From Macrostomum hystrix (lineage: Eukaryota; Animalia; Platyhelminthes), in assembly GCA_950097015.1 (NCBI GenBank), contig CATNEN010000031.1:1984001-2048000 (forward strand): DNA of 64,000 bases, given 5' to 3'. The first letter of the stretch is position 1. The number at the start of each line of letters is the position of its first letter. Both the position numbers and the translations under genes were made by a program. The notes under the pieces are model-generated. The model had not been told where the DNA came from and did no database searches. It saw nothing but the letters and a program-made list of their open reading frames with translations. Positions 13,430-26,110 of the stretch are shown piece after piece.

Positions 13430-14075
13430 GATAAGAGTCACCTGTCAGATAAGAGTCACCTGTAAGATAAGAGTCACCTGTTAGATAAGAGTCACCTGTT
13501 AGATAAGAGTCACCTGTTAGATAAGAGTCACCTGTTAAATAAGATTCACCTGTCAGATAAGAGTCACCTGTTAGATAAGAGTCACCTGTTAGATAAGAGT
13601 CACCTGTCAGATAAGAGTCACCTGTCAGATAAGAGTCACCTGTAAGATAAGAGTGACCTGTAAGATAAGAGTGACCTAATAGGCAGGATATCACCTGTTA
13701 GACAGGATATCCCCTGTTAGATAGGATATCACCTGTTAGACAGTATATCACCTGTTAGATAGGATATCACCTGATAGACAGTATATCACCTGTTAGACAG
13801 TATATCCCCTGTTAGATAGGATATCACCTGATAGACAGTATATCACCTGTTAGACAGTATATCACCTGTTAGATAGGATATCACCTGTTAGACAGTATAT
13901 CACCTGTTAGATAGGATATCACCTGTTAGACAGTATATCACCTGTTAGATAGGATATCACCTGATAGACAGTATATCACCTGTTAGACAGTATATCCCCT
14001 ATTAGATAGGATATCACCTGATAGTCAGTATATCACCTGATAGACAGTATATCACCTGTTAGACAGGATATCACA
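13430..14075. repeat. Compound minisatellite: 18-bp unit (ATAAGAGTCACCTGTTAG) switching to alternating 19-bp units
   Basis: Direct reading; switch near 13680. Confidence 0.93.
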
Positions 14076-14496
14076 AGAATTTGTCAACTCACTCAGAAAA
14101 ACAGATTGTAAATACGAATCATTAAAATCAGAATTTCTGAGTATATTCAAACACTTATTAGCTCGTATTAATTTTACGGCTCGTACCCGCAGAAAATCCC
14201 TAAAATCTGATACACAGCGAAAGAACTACCAACCTCTGCATGACCTGGCCTTGGGTGACACTTTTATGATCTGCAGCATGTTCCTACATTACGACCTATA
14301 CTTGCTCAGCTTTGAGCATTGATAAATAAATAAGATGAAATGGTTGGGTGAGCATTGTACTGGACATCAATGAAACTGGCCTTTGTAGTAGATGTTGTAC
14401 ATTGGTATCAACACGAGCATGCGCAGAGAGATAGATGGAGCTGATGGAGCTGGTTTAAAGCAGTTTAATTATTTGAGAAATTTAATTCTCAATTTC

Positions 14497-14940
14497 TCAG
14501 TCGATTCCACCCCTTAGTCGATTCCACTCCTCAATCGATTCCACTCCTCAGTCGATTCCACCCCTTAGTCGATTCCGCTCCTCAGTCGATTCCACTTCTC
14601 AGTCGATTACACTCCACAGTCGATTCCACTCCTCAGTCGATTTCACTCCTCAGTCGATTCCACTCCACAGTCGATTCCACTCCTCAGTCGATTTCACTCC
14701 TCAGTCGATTCCACTCCTCAGTCGATTCCACCCCTTAGTCGATTCCACTCCTCAGTCGATTCCACTCCTCAGTCGATTTCACTCCTCAGTCGATTCCACT
14801 CCTCAGTCGATTACACTCCACAGTCGATTCCACTCCTCAGTCGATTCCACTCCTCAGTCGATTCCACCCCTTAGTCGATTCCGCTCCTCAGTCGATTCCA
14901 CTCCTCAGTCGATTACACTCCACAGTCGATTCCACTCCAG
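14497..14940. repeat. 17-bp minisatellite (CAGTCGATTCCACTCCT)
   Basis: Period 17. Confidence 0.95.
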
Positions 14941-15654
14941 TGGATTCTATTCTTCTTAATTAGTTCTTGGTCAACTCCATTCTCTAATATACTTTATATT
15001 GTACAATTAGTTTTTACGCTGCTGCACTGGATAACAGAATGTACTTTTACTTCTAAGTTGATAAATATGTTCTTCCGTAGTTTCTTCTATTCTTTAAAGT
15101 TAGCTTCCCTTACTAAGGTCAGTGTTTATAAAGCTATTAAGTACGAGCCGTATAATGCATCTGGCTAGCACAGAATGTCAGACACTGAATAAAGCTAAGG
15201 TAGCTTTATCTTAATCTCCCTTGCTCACGTTTCTCTACTGACAATTGTTCTGCCTGGCATAGATAGCTTTTTTTATCCACAAGCGGATAAGCTTTTCATC
15301 TGCCAATCCGTTGCGTAATCAGTAAGCGAATGCTATCCACTCAAAATGTAGGCATTAGGCTGTCGAGCAATGGTGAGCATAGATTGGTGCGAGTATCAAC
15401 TTTCAAGAACCAAGAATTTTTTAACAACTTTTTTTACTTCTCTAATTTCCTGTCACTCTTTTACACTCTAACCTTCGCAAGAAGTTATTTTTTACAGATT
15501 TCTAAAAAATGATTTTTTAAGCAGCTTACTTGACTCCTAAAAGTAACTCGAGCACTTTGGTGCCTTCTGTGATTTAAACACATGGTTTTAAACTCTTAAA
15601 CCTAATGCTGTGGGAGAGTTCAAAATGTACCCATTCTCGGTTTAACAATGAAAT

Positions 15655-16085
15655 AAGCTAGCAATCCACTCAAAAGAGATAGATTAGCAATCCACTCTGT
15701 AGGGATAGATTAGCAATCCACTCTGTAGGGATTGATTAGCAGTCCACTCTGAAGTGATAGATTAGCAATCTAATCTGACGCGATAGATTAGCAATCCACT
15801 CTGTAGGGATTGATTAGCAATCCACTCTGTAGGGATAGATTAGCAATCCACTCTGTAGGGATAGATTAGCAATCCACTCTGTAGGGATAGATTAGCAATC
15901 CACTCTGTAAGGATTGATTAGCAATCCACTCTGTAGGGATAGATTAGCAATCCACTCTGTAGGGATAGATTAGCAATCCACTCTGTAGGGATAGATTAGC
16001 AATCCACTCCAAAGGGATAGATTAGCAATCCACTCTGTAGGGATAGATTAGCAATCCACTCCAAAGGGATATATTAGCAATCCCC
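15655..16085. repeat. 26-bp minisatellite (GATTAGCAATCCACTCTGTAGGGATA)
   Basis: Period 26 (15841 to 15867). Confidence 0.95.
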
Positions 16086-16180
16086 TTTCATTTTTCATCC
16101 AAAAGGACAAATTATCAATTCAGTTAATAACATTATTCCGATACACACAATAAAAAGTCAAGTCGGCAAAGAGGACTCAC

Positions 16181-16364
16181 GCAGGCATTTCCTGTTGACC
16201 CTTCTCAGGCACTGCCGAGCCTCGAAGTATCCGGGCGGGCAGTGGTCGCAGGCTGCGGATGAGAACAGGGGAGTGACGGCGACAACTGCACTCGGCGATT
16301 GACTAATTATAGCGAAGGCCAACTGCAGCTGCAGCAACCGCAGTAGGCGGCATAGCAGAGACAT
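16181..16364 (-). CDS. Gene A exon 1: signal peptide + TNFR-type cysteine-rich repeat
   Basis: MSLLCRLLRLLQLQLAFAIISQSPSAVVAVTPLFSSAACDHCPPGYFEARQCLRRVNRKCL; CxxCxxGYF...C...C spacing typical of TNFR-Cys; donor gtgagt, phase 1. Confidence 0.8.
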
Positions 16365-17530
16365 TGCTGCTGCTGCTGCTGCTGCTGCCGTTGCTTGTCA
16401 CAGCGCTTGTTAAAGCACAGCTTGTTTCCTTGTAGCCGGCAGCCACTACTGAGCTAGTAAGCGGGGGCCATGCCATGCGACAACTATATAACTGCAGCGC
16501 TGAGCCCAGTGAACACTTTGGGGTGGCTTGTTCCCAGTCGAGTTGTTCCCGGTCTTAGCTAGCCAGCTGTCTGTTCGACCATTGCTAGTTGACGTCCAAT
16601 TTTTCTTTTTACAATTTCAATTCTTTCACTTGCTCAGAAGGCAGATCGATGAGAGATCAATTGACACAGGGTTTAATTTTAAGCTCTAATTTTCTTTCTT
16701 AAAAAGAATAGCAATTATGAATAAGTGAAGCAATTCTAGAGTTGAATTTTGAGCAGTAAGAATCAGGCCAGGCCAGGTAGAAGGGGCCAGTTGACACGAG
16801 GGCTGCTTGATAAAGTATTAAAACAGTCCTCAGTCAGTCAGCCGATTCTGATTGGATGGCTAGCTGGCCAATGAGAGGCAGCCAAACACTGTTAAGTGGA
16901 AGAGATGAAATACAACGAATCGTATCAAGCATAGATCAGCATTTTCCCACTTATTCACTAGCCTCTGACCTAAGAGACAGCTATTGATTGAAGTCTTTAA
17001 TAAATCAAATGTATGAATCACGACTTGGCAATCAGAGAGAAGAATGACAGCTGCCAAAACGCCCGGAGACAGGATTAAACACAGAGGTGGCATAACTGGG
17101 CATAAATTACTTCTGTCAAGTGTCAGACTGTTTTGAAGACTACTTCTCAGAGAGAACACGCAGCGATGACTCAAACTGAATAGACTTACTAATAAACGTG
17201 GAAACCTGAATGACGATATTCGAAAGTAACCACAATGGAATATGGAGGGATAGAAAATTGTGCAAAAAAACTAAATTGTTTTCTTATTACAATTGAAATG
17301 CTCAAACACCAAGAGAAGAAAAGCATTTTAAACAATCAAACAACGTTTATGGTTGTCAGGCGTGAGGGGGGTGTCGCTCGCTGGGTTGATCGATTAAATT
17401 GTTTATGTCAACTAAAGTTCTTTGATGGACCAGTAATCGATAAAGGAGCCGATTTACACCGAAATGTAAGCATTATCGATCGGTATAATGGTATTGGTAT
17501 TTTGAACGGTATGAACTTAGAGGGACTATC

Positions 17531-17873
17531 GGGGGTCGGTGGCAGAGCGGTCTAACGCGTTTGCCTCTCGCACCAATTGGTGTCCCTGAGCTCGATTCCG
17601 CGGCGAGGCCACATTCATTTGGGGCGCAGCCGCGGAGAGAAGACTTGGGGGCTTGTCGCTTTGAGGGTTTACACTTTGAGGGTCAACATCCAAGGCACAG
17701 TGAGAGTGTACACTGCCTGACGGTGAGAAAGTCAGGGCAGATGTACACACTTGTGTGAGGGTGGGCTCAGTAGTCAGCGAGATGGGCAGAATTGCCTCCT
17801 CGCTGGCTGCGGGTCTAGTGTCACCAAATGATTGCCCGCAGCCCTCCTGCAATTATTATTATTATTTATTATT
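17531..17873 (+). mobile_element. tRNA-derived SINE, copy 2 (near full length)
   Basis: A-box TGGCAGAGCGG, B-box GAGCTCGATTCC, (ATT)n tail. Confidence 0.92.
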
Positions 17874-18075
17874 GAGTGACCATCGATCTATAAGATATTC
17901 TATGTTGTGTACTTTCTCGGACAGCCAATGAGAATTTAGCTGCGTGTTACTGAAAGGATGTAGAGCAAGAAGAAGAAGGTGACAGAAAGTCAAGGGCTAA
18001 TTTCTAGAGAAAATAAGAGAAAATAAAGATCTGTTCCAGGCAAGTCTCCTGGGGGAGATACTGATACAGTTCCAG

Positions 18076-18179
18076 CTACCCTACAGGGAGCTCCAGACGA
18101 TGCGTCGTTGATCTGTGGCTGTCACTGTCAGCCTTCAGCGTGCGGCGGGTGGGAGGCGTGCTAGGCAGACCGGCAACAG
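18076..18179 (-). CDS. Candidate terminal exon (xVAGLPSTPPTRRTLKADSDSHRSTTHRLELPVG*), possibly gene B
   Basis: Acceptor tttctcccacag; only the phase-1 frame is open; linkage uncertain. Confidence 0.4.
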
Positions 18180-18965
18180 CTGTGGGAGAAAGCCAGCAAG
18201 ATAGACAGTCTCCGGATTCTTCTAGGAGCTGAGAAGAATCTGATAGTGAAATATAGAAATTCGGAAATATGGCTGGCAATGTATGCGTAGAAGTACTGGG
18301 AGAAGGGACCCTTTGGTGTGCCTGCCACATGCGGGTCAACAATCTGTGTGTGCGCGTGTGTGTGCGGCTGACTGACAGGTGTGGTCCGGCCACGGAGAGG
18401 CAATGAAATAAAACAAAAATTGGTCCCTAAAGGGAGAGGGTGACGGTTTCCCAGTGTGTTTTGCTAAACAACACGCGGCAACAATGGAATGGGACAGATT
18501 TATGAGGCCAGAGAACTGGCGGTACAGATGTAGGTGATAGAAAAACACAAATAAGAAGAATTTATAAAACAATAAAAAACTGAATGAAAATCATAGGTTG
18601 GGTAGCAACTACGTCTATAAGATAGGCGGTTTATATGCATCAGAGAATTTCGCTCGACTTACAACTCGAGTTGGTGTCTGAAAAGAAAGAATATATTTAA
18701 TTAAAATTTGTACTTTCATACAGGTGTGCTGAACTATAATTGAATGAAAGTGGAAGAGAGTCAATGTGCGTTAGACAATCATGTACCATTGGATGCTTTT
18801 TAACTTGTACTTCTACTAAATATTTTACCAATTAAGAAGCAATTGTCTTTTTTTCAAATCAATCGGACACATTATATTCTATTTAAGGGGCTTTTTGGGG
18901 CCAATTAGCTAGCTTAACAAGGACGCAGGGACAAAGCAACCCGCTTTAGAGGCTTGAGTTGCAAC

Positions 18966-19243
18966 CTCGGGCTCTGAGCAGAGTTTTAGTGTCTCTTTGA
19001 TCTGTTTAATGATGGCGGATCGGAGCGCAAAGTGGAATTCTGATATAAGGATGAAGAATGTAGCCCACCCAAGGGCTAGAATAAATTCTTCTCATTTTAT
19101 TCATCCTTTGGCACAGGTTGCCGTGAGCTCTCAGAACACGTTCAATCCAAAACAAGGCGTGCACTTTTAAGGACAGGTAAGAACCGATACTCACCAAGGA
19201 GATGAAAAGTGCCGCGCTGATTCGAAATTAATATTTGTTTCAA
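18966..19243 (-). CDS. Two candidate small exons (19195-19243 and 18966-19075), possibly gene B
   Basis: ttttag acceptor/gtgagt donor and tattctag acceptor. Joined they read LKQILISNQRGTFHLLALGWATFFILISEFHFALRSAIIKQIKETLKLCSEPE, but the entry phase does not match exon 19679-19753. Confidence 0.3.
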
Positions 19244-19678
19244 CTAAAAGATGAATCTTTATGGGAACTCACGTGTTTCGTTTAAAATATATTTTTTAAT
19301 TACATTTTTTATTGGTTTTGTTATTGTATTGCTATTATTTTTCAAATAAATCAACATTCAGAAGGCATGCTTTTTGTTTAAATTCTCGAACTTTCGTACG
19401 TTTTTTTGTAAATAAAACACTATAAAATGAATATTATGGAGTATAGTATATAGTGTATAGATCTTAAAATAAAGATTTTAAACAAAGAGCATGCATTATG
19501 ACAAGCAGTTTTTTGTAAAAAAAATAATTGTAATTTGTAATGACAAATACATGTCATTATTTAATTAAAAAAAAACATTTTTGTTGCAACAGTAAACTCT
19601 TACTTTCAAGCGAAAGATGTGAGTCCCCAACAAGATAACTTTTTTGTAAAAAACACTATCAATAAAATATTTCGTTAC

Positions 19679-19753
19679 CTTGACAGACGGCATCGCGAAA
19701 CGTGGTGCAGGGCGAGGCCATGTACTGCCCAGGTGGGCACGTGTGACGGCACT
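19679..19753 (-). CDS. Gene B exon: TNFR-type cysteine-rich repeat
   Basis: xCRHTCPPGQYMASPCTTFRDAVCQ; acceptor ttgttgcag, donor gtaacg; 75 nt, phase 1-1. This frame is not in the ORF track. Confidence 0.85.
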
Positions 19754-19866
19754 CTGCAACAAATAACCATTGACCAATTTTAACAGTATGGCTTGGTAAT
19801 CCTACTGTTAATAACCAAATACTGGGTTTAGCTGATTCGAACTTAAAAATCCTTCCCCAAGCTCAC

Positions 19867-19989
19867 TGTTGCATCGGATGCCGTTGCCATAGAAACCGTC
19901 GCGGCAGATGCAGCTGTAGGAGCCAACAAGATTGGTGCACTGAGCACTCTCTGAGCAGATGTTGGACTGAGAAGCACACTCGTCAATAT
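19867..19989 (-). CDS. Gene B exon: calcium-binding EGF domain
   Basis: [41 protein letters not shown] has the DIDEC and CxNxxGSYxCxC signatures; 123 nt, phase 1-1; ttccatttcag/gtgagc. Confidence 0.93.
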
Positions 19990-20077
19990 CTGAAATGGAA
20001 TTTATTAGTACACATGCCAATTAACAAAAAAATAAACTAGATTATGAAGTTTTTTAAGCTTTACTTTTTCTAGCTCT

Positions 20078-20423
20078 TAATTGCAGGATGGCTGCGGGCA
20101 ATGGCACATCATTAGGGGACACTAGACCCGCAGCCATGCAGCGAGGAGGCAATTCTGCCCATTTCGCTGACTCCTGAGCACACACGCACATAGATACTGT
20201 ACTCAGGCACACACTCAGACAGGTGTGTACATCCGCCCTGACTTTCTCGTCGTCAGGCAGTGTGCACTTTCACTTTGACGTGGAGGTTCGTAAATTGCAC
20301 GACCAGCCCCCAAGCCTTCTCTCCGCGGCTGCGCCCCAAATAAATGTGGCCTCGCCGCGGAATCGAGCTCAGGGACCTTGGTGCGAGAGGGAAACGCGTT
20401 AGGCCGTTCTGCCATTCACCCCC
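20078..20423 (-). mobile_element. tRNA-derived SINE, copy 3
   Basis: Reverse complement of the same family, with A/B boxes. Confidence 0.9.
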
Positions 20424-21597
20424 TCAATCACGTATTTTAAAGTACATTTTTTTATTTTAGCCAAACGATTGAAGGAGTCTTCAATAATGAACCGTTCTGA
20501 AATGTCTATCATAAAATATTAATCTATAAGCTACCAAAACCTATGGATCTGCGAATCATCTACTGTTTACAAAATTCTAATTATAGACTAACTTTGCGTG
20601 TCCTCTTAAGCTATTTTATACTAAATTATGCACAGGCGCAGCTTGTGCTGATTTAGTCCATTGACTTTGAAGGCCTGATGAGAGACAATAAATGAGGGAC
20701 AGTAGTGACATTTCCAGTTGTCTCTAGACATGCCTATTTAAAAATAGAAAAGTTTTTGTTGCTGTCATTTTCCTTTGTTTTCCGCTAAAAAAAATAGACT
20801 CGACATTCTAAAAATAAGTTATTTGTTCTTTTTTTAAGTGAAGGGTCTCATATAAAGTGAAATCAATGTCAAAAAGGAAGTGTCTACTCATAAATGATGT
20901 AAAAGAGCTGAGATACTATTTTAATGGAGGGTGTGTCTAATACGACGTACTTGCTCTTAATCTTTGAGCATGACAACAAAACATACCCCTCTGCAATTTT
21001 TATATTACGCTACATCCAAGAATAATTTCCTTTTGAAAGGAAGTATTTTCGCCTCTGAAGTGCGCACATGCCTACTAAGATGCTGTGGTAAGTAGTAGTA
21101 TGAATGAATATGAAACAAATACTTGTATATCGGACTAAACATTGTGCAAATGTAAAGGAGTGGAAATATTATTGTTAATAGGAATGGAGAACAGACGCGG
21201 AGATTATGACAAAAGATATTGGAGTAGAGAAGAAGTGACTATTGGAGATAATAGGGGGGGAAGAGGTGGGGTTAGAATAGGTGTGGAGAGGAGAGAGCTG
21301 TAAGCTAGGTCATGTGTCATGTTCTTTATATTGTTCAAAAAGATTTGCTTCCAAGTGATAGTCTCAAAAGACTACTCATACTCAGACTATTCAAACTTGT
21401 TTCGAAAAAACTTCTAAACTAAATTCTTCAATTTGCGTCAATCATTGCCGTCTCGATTGAAAATTAAATGTTTTTTGTCAACTGTCAATCATTAATATCT
21501 TTGAGCAGTCACTGGCGTATTGTATCCATGCGCAAAACAACGAATATTGCTAATCCGGAATGCGGCGTCTGGGAAAACTGCAGGAAAGACTGGAGCA

Positions 21598-22320
21598 GGT
21601 AGAAGATGAGTAGAGGGAAGATGAGTAGGGGGAAGATGAGTAGGGGGAAGATGAGTAGGGGGAAGATGAGTAGGGGGAAGATGAGTAGGGGGAAGATGAG
21701 TAGGGGGAAGATGAGTAGGGGGAAGATGAGTAGGGGGAAGATGAGTAGAGGGAAGATGAGTAGGGGGAAGATGAGTAGGGGGAAGATGAGTAGGGGGAAG
21801 ATGAGTAGGGGGAAGATGAGTAGGGGGAAGATGAGTAGGGGGAAGATGAGTAGGGGGAAGATGAGTAGGGAGAAGATGAGTAGGGGGAAGATGAGTAGGG
21901 GGAAGATGAGTAGGGGGAAGATGAGTAGGGGGAAGATGAGTAGGGGGAAGATGAGTAGGGGGAAGATGAGTAGGGGGAAGATGAGTAGGGGGAAGATGAG
22001 TAGGGGGAAGATGAGTAGGGGGAAGATGAGTAGGGGGAAGATGAGTAGGGGGAAGATGAGTAGGGGGAAGATGAGTAGGGGGAAGATGAGTAGGGAGAAG
22101 ATGAGTAGGGGGAAGATGAGTAGGGGGAAGATGAGTAGGGGGAAGATGAGTAGGGGGAAGATGAGTAGGGGGAAGATGAGTAGGGGGAAGATGAGTAGGG
22201 GGAAGATGAGTAGGGGGAAGATGAGGAGGGAGAAGATGAGTACTGCCCAGTACTCATGATGAAAATATGAGTAGGGGTAAGATGAGTAGGGGGGAACATG
22301 AGGAGGGAGAAGATTAGGGA
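21598..22320. repeat. 15-bp minisatellite (GAAGATGAGTAGGGG), about 45 copies
   Basis: 5-aa periodic pseudo-ORFs. Confidence 0.97.
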
Positions 22321-22929
22321 GGGCAGAGAAGGCAAGTATCCTGTTCTGTCTCTGAATACCCAATTTCTTTGAAGAAACAGGTCTTAATTACTGATCAGTT
22401 TCGGTACTCATTGAGGCAACGAAATCTGTGAATAAAAAAGGGTTCCATTCGCACCCCCATACTGCTCCAGCACCGAGTCATGAGTTATTAATTTGCTGAT
22501 TCTGGCCGCCATATGCAAACCATAAAATGTAAACTTCTAGCTTTCATATTTCTATGTTTTTTGCGGAACACGACGCGTCCTAAAAAATTAGTTTTGCTTT
22601 TAGTTGCAATGGGCCGATACATAAAACTAGAAATGTGATCCAGCTGTACATGGAATTCTTTCTCAGCCTCCTGTCTGTTTTGGGGAATTATTAATCAGCT
22701 GGGCATCCAGCCCCTTGGATCTGTCTTCTCATACAACCAAAACTTACCGGGCTGGAAGGATTTGGTTTGAAGTTTTCACTGACATCCGACAAAACTATCT
22801 TGGGATATTTCCCAAAGGAAACATTCCTTTCCTAAGCCATATAAAAAGTTTCCTCTTTATAGCTATTTGTCTTTAAAAACAGAAAGAAAGTCATGCTCAC
22901 AGCTGGATGAAACGGACTGACTGAAAGAC

Positions 22930-23610
22930 ACTAGAGGGAGATTGGGAGACTCTAGAGGGAGATTGGGAGAGAGTAGAGAGGGACTTGGAGAGAGTTGAGA
23001 GACTGGGAGAGAGTAGAGAGAGTCTGGGAGAGAGTAGAGAGAGACTGAGAGACTCTAGAGGGAGATTGAGAGACTCTAGAGGGAGATTGGGAGAGAGTAG
23101 AGAGGGACTTGGAGAGAGTTGAGAGACTGGGAGAGAGTAGAGAGAGACTGAGAGAGAGTAGAGAGAGACTGAGAGAGAGTAGAGAGAGACTGAGAGAGAG
23201 TAGAGGGAGATTTGGAGAGAGTAGAGAGAGACTGGGAGAGAGTAGAGAGAGACTGGGAGAGAATAAAGAGAGACTGAGAGACTCTAGAGGGAGATTGGGA
23301 GACTCTAGAGGGAGATTGGGAGACTCTAGAGGGAGATTGGGAGACTCTAGAGGGAGATTGGGAGACTCTAGAGGGAGATTGGGAGACTCTAGAGGGAGAT
23401 TGGGAGAGAGTAGAGAGTGACTGGGAGAGAGTTCAGAGTCTGGGAGAGAGTAGAGAGAGACTGAGAGAGAGGAGAGAGAGACTGGGAGAGAGTTGAGAGA
23501 GACTGAGAGAGAGTAGAGAGAGACTTGAGAGAGTAGAGAGAGACTGGGAGAGAGTAGAGAGAGACTGGGAGAGAGTAGAGAGACTGGGAGAGAGTAGAGA
23601 GAGAGTAGTA
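22930..23610. repeat. Purine-rich ~21-bp minisatellite (GGGAGATTGGGAGACTCTAGA / GAGACTGGGAGAGAGTAGAGA)
   Basis: Direct reading. Confidence 0.92.
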
Positions 23611-24161
23611 AGATATTGAGGAGCACAGAAAGGCTGTCTATGATAAGTATCATAAAGATGTGATACTTGGGAGAGCACAAGGCAACACAGTATTGACTAT
23701 GTCAGTCGATGGAGCACGGATGAGAGGCGGCAGCTGTCAAGAGTGGCATGACAAGCGCACACCCGGCTTCCTTTGAAAAAGCATCGCCGAATGAAGCAGA
23801 TGGAGAATAGGCTGGCTCATTGTTAGCCGCCAGTGTGTCGCTCAACAATGGCTGCCCGCAGTCACGCATTTTGTTTGTTCTTAACTTCTTAAATTTCTCG
23901 TGAGCGCATGAGCACAAGCAAAGCATCTTCAAAACACAAAATCGCCGACTTCTACAAACATACGCAGGCTAGTTGAAATCGGTCCCTATTGTGAGTCACA
24001 GTGGCATTTGAGAATTGAACCTTTTTTCCACTGGAAGTTTTGGACTGAAGCAATGCAACTGAAACAGACTTATTATCATGATTATTGGTAGCATAGGGAA
24101 TAATAAGGCAAGTAATTCTCCTTGCCACAAATGATGGCTGCCCTTGTGCTGCATCACGGGC

Positions 24162-24810
24162 TCAGACAGGGGAGAGAGGAGACAAGGGAGGGATGGAACA
24201 GGGGAGAGATGGAACAGGGGAGAGATGAGACAGGGAAAAGATGAGACAGGGGAGAGATGAGACAGGGAAAAGATGAGACAGGGGAGAGATGAGACAGGGG
24301 AGAGATGAGACAGGGAAGAGATGAGACAGGGGAGAGATGAGACAGGGGAGAGATGAGACAGGGGAGAGATGGAACAGGGGAGAGATGAGACAGGGAAGAG
24401 ATGAGACAGGGGAGAGATGGAACAGGGAAGAGATGAGACAGGGGAGAGATGAGACAGGGGAGAGATGGAACAGGGGAGAGATGAGACAGGGGAGAGATGA
24501 GACAGGGGAGAGATGAGACAGGGGAGAGATGAGACAGGGGAGAGATGAGACAGGGGAGAGATGGAACAGGGGAGAGATGGAACACAAGGGAGAGATGGGA
24601 CAGTGGACAGATGGGACAGGGGGGAGATGGAACAGGGGAGAGATGGGACAGGGGAGAGATGGGACAGGGGAGAGATGAGACAGGGGAGAGATGGGACAGG
24701 GGAGAGATGGGACAGGGGAGAGATGGGACAGGGGAGAGATGAGACAGGGGAGAGATGAGACAGGGGAGAGATGGAACAGGGGAGAGATGGGACAGGGGAG
24801 AGATGGGACA
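24162..24810. repeat. 16-bp minisatellite (GAGACAGGGGAGAGAT) between 109-bp direct repeats
   Basis: Direct reading; flanks at 24042-24150 and 24823-24930. Confidence 0.95.
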
Positions 24811-26110
24811 ATACAATACAAAGGACTGAAGCAATGCAAGTGAAATATACTTATTATCATGATTATTGGTAGCACGTGAATAATAAGGCAAGTAATTCTC
24901 CCTGCCACAAATGATGGCTGCCCTTGTGCTTATCGACTAAATAGGGAGACGATTGAGTAGGGAACGAGGGCTAACAGTGGTCTCTATACGGTATAAACTC
25001 GTCCAAAAGTTGGTGAAAATGTGAGCGGGGGAGTGAGCGGACAATGTTTGAGTTTATGACGACCAAAAGCGGTGCACCTTGGCCCGTAAGTGAGAGCCGC
25101 AGAGAGAAGGATAGCGAGAGAGAGACACAGCAACTGCACACACGAGTAAGGCATTCCTAAAATACCTCTAGGGGAGGATGTGTGCGGCGATAAGTTTTGG
25201 GATATGGAAGAGAGGGAACGAGGAGTGAGATAGAGCCGGAGCGGGCTAGGCCAGGTATTTGTCACGCGATTACAAGTCTATAGCCTGAGCACGCTACATT
25301 TATTTCTAAGCATTCTTTTTTTTAACGAATTTCAGCTTTACCTAGAGTCGTGTTCTCTGCAGTATCAAAGACTTACGAATTGAAACACTGTGTGAACGCC
25401 TGTGGGTGTGCGTCCATGCACTCGACTACAGTGAAACTTCAGTGCTTACAGTGTTTGCTTATCGAAGTGCACACACACACACACTCACACACAAAATTAC
25501 TCACAAATCTGTGTTTTTTACTTCAAGCAGCAAAGCGCACTTGACCTAAGCATGCAACGAGTCTGGGTTTGTTCCTCAAAAAAGCAGAAAATAGCGCAGA
25601 TTAGAAATGGGGTATTGAGGTGGGGCGCAGATGTTAGTCTGTCAAATATTGACTCCACGCCGATGCTAGCAAGCCCAGTTAGTTTTTACCTTGGAATTTG
25701 GGCTGCTCAGTCAGAGGTAAAGGGGGAGGCATTGATGGCACGGATGGGAAAACACTGAAATCGCATATCAAGGCCTGGGTGTGGTTCGATTTGGCAAACT
25801 AAATCCATTTATTTATCGTTCAGCTCTTTTCTCATTTAGTTAGTTGAAAATCGAAGCGCGATTCTTAGAAATGAATGCGAGAAGAATCAGGATGGACATG
25901 AGTGACAGGTCAGCAATGTCCGCCCCCCTTCCTTGGCACCCATTCGCCGATTCTGAAATGGGTCCTGAGCAAACATGGCCCCGTACTATTGTAGACAATT
26001 TCCTGACTTGTCCTTGTACAGGAAATGTATTGCTGCTGAATTCGCATTATCATCTTGTGCCATTGGAAATGGTTCTGCTTCACGAAAGATTGATGACTTT
26101 TAGGAAAGTT

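Noticed and set aside
17531-17610. SINE heads as functional tRNA genes
   Set aside because: The acceptor and anticodon stems do not pair properly, and the heads are embedded in a 350-bp dispersed repeat.
17706-17749. Hammerhead ribozyme in the SINE hairpin (CTGACGA...GAAA.TC)
   Set aside because: The core nucleotides are in order, but stems II and III cannot form and stem I is out of register; a plain hairpin explains the sequence.
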